A stretch of 63,383 bases of DNA, counting the filler, from Nitrospinota bacterium (lineage in GTDB: Bacteria > JAUXIQ01): assembly GCA_030620925.1 (NCBI GenBank). It is 12 parts of 12 records of this genome, joined end to end, with 100 filler letters (N's around TTAATTAATTAA, not from the genome) between each part and the next. Parts side by side here need not be neighbours in the genome. Positions count along the whole stretch, not along the records: positions 58,506 to 63,383 come from JAUXIQ010000195.1; 11 more parts are not named here. The stretch is one strand, 5' to 3'. This document shows, one piece after another, positions 60,220 to 63,383 of the stretch. The position numbers and the translations under genes were made by a program. The notes under the pieces were generated by a model. The model was not told the DNA's origin. It was given only the letters and a program-made list of their open reading frames with translations, and searched no databases. Every line of letters starts with the position of its first letter. Positions within the stretch are counted from its first letter, which is position 1.

Positions 60220-60255
60220 ATGCCATGGGCTTCAAAAACCCATGGCATTTTTTTT
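60220..60255 (+). terminator. Attenuator terminator
   Basis: ATGCCATGGG-cttcaaaaa-CCCATGGCAT then T tract; competing antiterminator 60165-60184 pairs with 60214-60233. Confidence 0.85.
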
Positions 60256-60296
60256 GGTCATGGGTGCCCGAATCACCTTTTTCAAAGGAGCGTCAG

Positions 60297-61805
60297 ATGA
60301 GCAGAAAAATAATGATATTCGACACCACACTGCGGGATGGGGAACAGGTTCCCGGTGCGAAACTGAACGCAGAGCAGAAACTGGAGCTGGCCCGTCAGCT
60401 TGCGAAACTGAAGGTGGACGTAATCGAGGCCGGGTTCCCCGCGTCCTCACCGGGAGACCTGGAGGCGGTCGGCAGAGTTGCCCGTGAGATAAAAGGCCCC
60501 ATAATAACCGGCCTGGCCCGCACGGTTCAGGAGGATATAGACGACCTGTGGGAGTCCCTAAAGCATGCCGAGCGGCCCCGCATCCATCTGGTCCTGGGAA
60601 CTTCGGACATCCACGTGGAGAAGAAGCTCAGGCGAGACCGCGAAAAGGTGCTGGAAATGGGTGTGGAGGCGGTCAAATACGCCAAGAAGTATTGCCCGGA
60701 GGTGGAATATTCCACCGAGGACGCCTCCCGCAGCGATTTCGATTATATGGCCCGCACCCTGGAGGCGGTCATCGATGCAGGGGCCACGGTGGTCAACGTT
60801 CCCGATACCGTGGGTTACGCCATACCCGAACAGTACGGGGAGATGGTCAGGCGCGTCAAGGAATCGGTGCCCAACATAGACCGCGCGCTCCTCAGCGTCC
60901 ACTGCCACAACGACCTGGGTATGGCCACCGCCAACACCCTGGCGGCCATAAAGAACGGTGTGGACCAGGTGGAGCTCACCATGAACGGCATCGGCGAGCG
61001 TGCGGGCAACTGCTCGCTGGAAGAAGTGGTCATGGCCCTGCACACCCGGAAAGATTACTACGACGCCCATACGGATATAGACATCTCTCAGATTTACCAT
61101 ACCAGCCGTCTGGTCAGCAGCCTCATGGGTATACCCGTGCAGCCCAACAAGGCCATCGTGGGCAGCAACGCCTTCGCCCATTCCTCCGGCATACACCAGG
61201 ACGGCATCCTCAAAGACCGAAGCACTTACGAGATTATCCGGCCCGAGGACGTCGGCGTGCAGAGCCACGAGATGATACTCACCGCCCGCTCCGGCCGGGC
61301 GGCGGTGCGCCACCGTCTCGGCGAGCTGGGCTACGACCTCGCCAACGAGGTCTTCGAGAAGGTGTTCATCCGCTTCCTGGAAGTGGCGGACAGGAAAAAA
61401 GAGGTTGTGGACGAAGACCTGGAATCACTGGTGAGGGAAGAAATCTCCAGCGTGCCGGATATCTTCTCACTGGAAACCTACCAGACGGTCAGCGGGATTA
61501 ACATAACCCCGCAGTCGGCGGTGGGGATGCGGCGCGACGGCGACGTCATCACCGACGCCGCGGTGGGCAACGGCCCGGTGGACGCCGTCTTCAACTGCAT
61601 AGAACGCATCTCCGGCGTGAGCGCCAAGCTGGTGAGCTACGACCTCAAGGCGGTCACCCAGGGCAAGGACGCCCTGGGTGAGGCCACGGTGCACGTGGAG
61701 GTGGACGGGAAACTGCTCACCGGCCAGGCCAGCAGCACAGATGTCATCGAAGCCAGCGCCAGGGCCTTCATCAAGGCGATCAACAAAGCCCTGGCCGGCG
61801 TATAA
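60297..61805 (+). CDS. leuA: 2-isopropylmalate synthase
   Basis: IFDTTLRDGEQ, IEAGFP, HCHNDLG, GIGERAGN, HSSGIHQDG, regulatory domain GNGPVDA; AAGGAG RBS before ATG 60297 (the ORF-track start 60225 lies in the terminator). Confidence 0.95.
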   Translation: MSRKIMIFDTTLRDGEQVPGAKLNAEQKLELARQLAKLKVDVIEAGFPASSPGDLEAVGRVAREIKGPIITGLARTVQEDIDDLWESLKHAERPRIHLVLGTSDIHVEKKLRRDREKVLEMGVEAVKYAKKYCPEVEYSTEDASRSDFDYMARTLEAVIDAGATVVNVPDTVGYAIPEQYGEMVRRVKESVPNIDRALLSVHCHNDLGMATANTLAAIKNGVDQVELTMNGIGERAGNCSLEEVVMALHTRKDYYDAHTDIDISQIYHTSRLVSSLMGIPVQPNKAIVGSNAFAHSSGIHQDGILKDRSTYEIIRPEDVGVQSHEMILTARSGRAAVRHRLGELGYDLANEVFEKVFIRFLEVADRKKEVVDEDLESLVREEISSVPDIFSLETYQTVSGINITPQSAVGMRRDGDVITDAAVGNGPVDAVFNCIERISGVSAKLVSYDLKAVTQGKDALGEATVHVEVDGKLLTGQASSTDVIEASARAFIKAINKALAGV

Positions 61806-61843
61806 CAACCCTGCCCGCCAAACAAGCGGAGGGAGGGTAGAAT

Positions 61844-61874
61844 GGGGCCCCTTACAAAGGGGCTCCTTCTTTTT
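61844..61874 (+). terminator. Intrinsic terminator after leuA
   Basis: GGGGCCCCTT-aca-AAGGGGCTCC then TTCTTTTT. Confidence 0.7.
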
Positions 61875-61992
61875 GTGCATTTTCGCGGCATCCGGCTTTC
61901 TGCTTGACGCACGAGGAACCCGGGCCCGGAACGCGCTCTTACAACTCTATGGGGATGTCTGCAGCAAAATCGAGGGTGCCGCTGCTATCCTG

Positions 61993-62023
61993 CGTAGTCC
62001 CGTGGAACGCGGGACAGGCGCGA
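61993..62023 (+). repeat. 31-bp dispersed palindromic mini-repeat
   Basis: 30/31 identical to the reverse complement of 58137-58167 on another contig. Confidence 0.8.
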
Positions 62024-62036
62024 GCACATGGTTTGA

Positions 62037-62065
62037 TTGACACGCTTATCCCTGCCTGTTATAAC
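62037..62065 (+). promoter_or_regulatory. Sigma70 promoter for the CoA-transferase
   Basis: TTGACA, 17 nt, TATAAC with extended -10 TG. Confidence 0.6.
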
Positions 62066-62147
62066 TGAACGGGTAATAAACAATATAAGCCATCAGGGGC
62101 GACAGGTGCCCTGCATCAATATCAATGGGCGATAGGGAGGCAGGGGA

Positions 62148-63308
62148 ATGAGGGGACCACTCACAAACATAAAAGTCATCGACCTATCGAGGTTCAGGGC
62201 GGGGCCTACCTGCGCCAGGCAGCTTGCCGACTGGGGGGCGGACGTCATCAAGGTCGAGCAGCCGGGGGGAGATGAGGGAGACCACGAGGGGTTCGACTTC
62301 CTGGAGCTTCACCGCAACAAACGTAGCATCACCATCGACCTCAAAAAGGAAAAAGGCGTCGAAATACTCAAGAAGCTCGTGGCCGACGCGGACGTGCTCA
62401 TAGAAAACTATCGTCCACAGGTAAAACAGCGCCTGGGCATATCTTACGACCATCTCAAAGACCTCAACCCCCGCCTCATCTACTGCAGTATCTCCGGCTT
62501 CGGGCAGCGCGGCCCTTACAAGGACAGGCCCGGCTACGACCAGATAGTTCAGGGTATGTCGGGGATCATGAGCGTCACAGGCTTCGAGGATACCGGCCCC
62601 ATCCGGGTGGGAAGCCCCGTGGGCGATCTCTCCGCCGGCCTGTACGCCGCCCAGGGAGTGCTCCTGGCGATTATCGAAAGAGAAAAGAGCGGTCAGGGGC
62701 AGGTAGTGGAAACCTCTCTCCTGGAGGCGCTCATGGGGATGCTCGGCTTCCAGGCCGCCAGGTATCTGGTGACCGGCCAGGTGCCCCCGCCGGTGGGGAA
62801 CCACCACCCCTTGAGCGCGCCCATGGGTGTCTACCAAGCCGGGGACGGCGCACTTAACATAGCCGTGGGCACGGAGGATATGTGGGGTAAGTTCTGCCGG
62901 GCGATGGGCCTGGAGGAGCTGCCGGACGATCCCCGCTTCGCAAGCCGCGGCAAGCGTATCAAAAACAGGCCGGAGCTCAACGACATCATCAATAAACGCC
63001 TGGCGGAAAAAGGCCGCATGGAATGGGTGGAAATTCTCAACGAAGCAGGTGTCCCCTGCGGCCCCATCTATAACCTGGCCGAGGCTTTCAACGACCCCAA
63101 CACCCGGCAATTGGACCTGGTAGCCGAAGTCGACCATCCCACCGTCGGTAAATATAGTGTTCTGGGCCTTCCGGCGAAACTGAGCAGGACTCCCGGCGGC
63201 GTCCACTCGCCGGCCCCCCTGGCCGGTCAGCACACAGAAGACATCCTTAAGGAAGCGGATTACAGTCTCGATGAAATAGCGGAGCTGAGGGCGCAGGGAA
63301 TCGTTTAA
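62148..63308 (+). CDS. Family III CoA-transferase (CaiB/BaiF)
   Basis: LTNIKVIDLS, AGPTC, GADVIKVE, RNKRSI, DVLIENYRP, catalytic Asp in SPVGD. Confidence 0.93.
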   Translation: MRGPLTNIKVIDLSRFRAGPTCARQLADWGADVIKVEQPGGDEGDHEGFDFLELHRNKRSITIDLKKEKGVEILKKLVADADVLIENYRPQVKQRLGISYDHLKDLNPRLIYCSISGFGQRGPYKDRPGYDQIVQGMSGIMSVTGFEDTGPIRVGSPVGDLSAGLYAAQGVLLAIIEREKSGQGQVVETSLLEALMGMLGFQAARYLVTGQVPPPVGNHHPLSAPMGVYQAGDGALNIAVGTEDMWGKFCRAMGLEELPDDPRFASRGKRIKNRPELNDIINKRLAEKGRMEWVEILNEAGVPCGPIYNLAEAFNDPNTRQLDLVAEVDHPTVGKYSVLGLPAKLSRTPGGVHSPAPLAGQHTEDILKEADYSLDEIAELRAQGIV

Positions 63309-63330
63309 CCGAAAAGCAGGGCGGTGCCCG

Positions 63331-63383
63331 GTGACGGAAAAACTCTACCTCACCGACTCCTACATGATCGAGTTCGAAGCCCG
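63331..63383 (+). CDS. Probable AlaX-type alanyl-tRNA editing protein, N-terminal fragment
   Basis: GTG start, TEKLYLTDSYMIEFEA resembles AlaX N-termini; only 17 codons visible. Confidence 0.55.
   Translation, partial: MTEKLYLTDSYMIEFEA

Noticed and set aside
60225-60296. 24-aa N-terminal extension of LeuA in the ORF track
   Set aside because: That ATG lies in the terminator stem without an RBS; ATG 60297 has AAGGAG and matches LeuA N-termini

Overview
This window is not continuous DNA. It is 12 short contigs of a draft or metagenome-assembled genome joined by 11 artificial 100-nt linkers (44 N + TTAATTAATTAA + 44 N), so gene neighbourhoods are only meaningful within a contig. The organism looks like an anaerobic diderm bacterium (LolA, outer-membrane barrel, W-type aldehyde:ferredoxin oxidoreductase, 2-oxoacid:ferredoxin oxidoreductase); finer taxonomy cannot be fixed by eye. 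Housekeeping genes include tilS-ftsH-folE-folP, tRNA-Met, udk, mutS, purM-purN, rpe-ffh-rpsP-khpA, lpdA and leuA. A TCA cluster carries a type-E (CCG-anchored) succinate dehydrogenase/fumarate reductase. The strongest candidate for an undescribed system is three B12-dependent acyl-CoA mutase large subunits whose specificity residues match none of the characterised mutases I know. They sit with OYE flavoenzymes, a 2-hydroxyacyl-CoA dehydratase-family subunit, MaoC, MmgE/PrpD and PanE-like genes, and one small subunit has an altered B12 His-loop. Also seen directly: a complete leucine leader-peptide attenuator before leuA, a dense mosaic of several REP-like palindrome families around an SDR gene, and a crotonase with a His/Asp (C-C hydrolase-like) active site. 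No CRISPR array, rRNA, integrase or transposase was seen.
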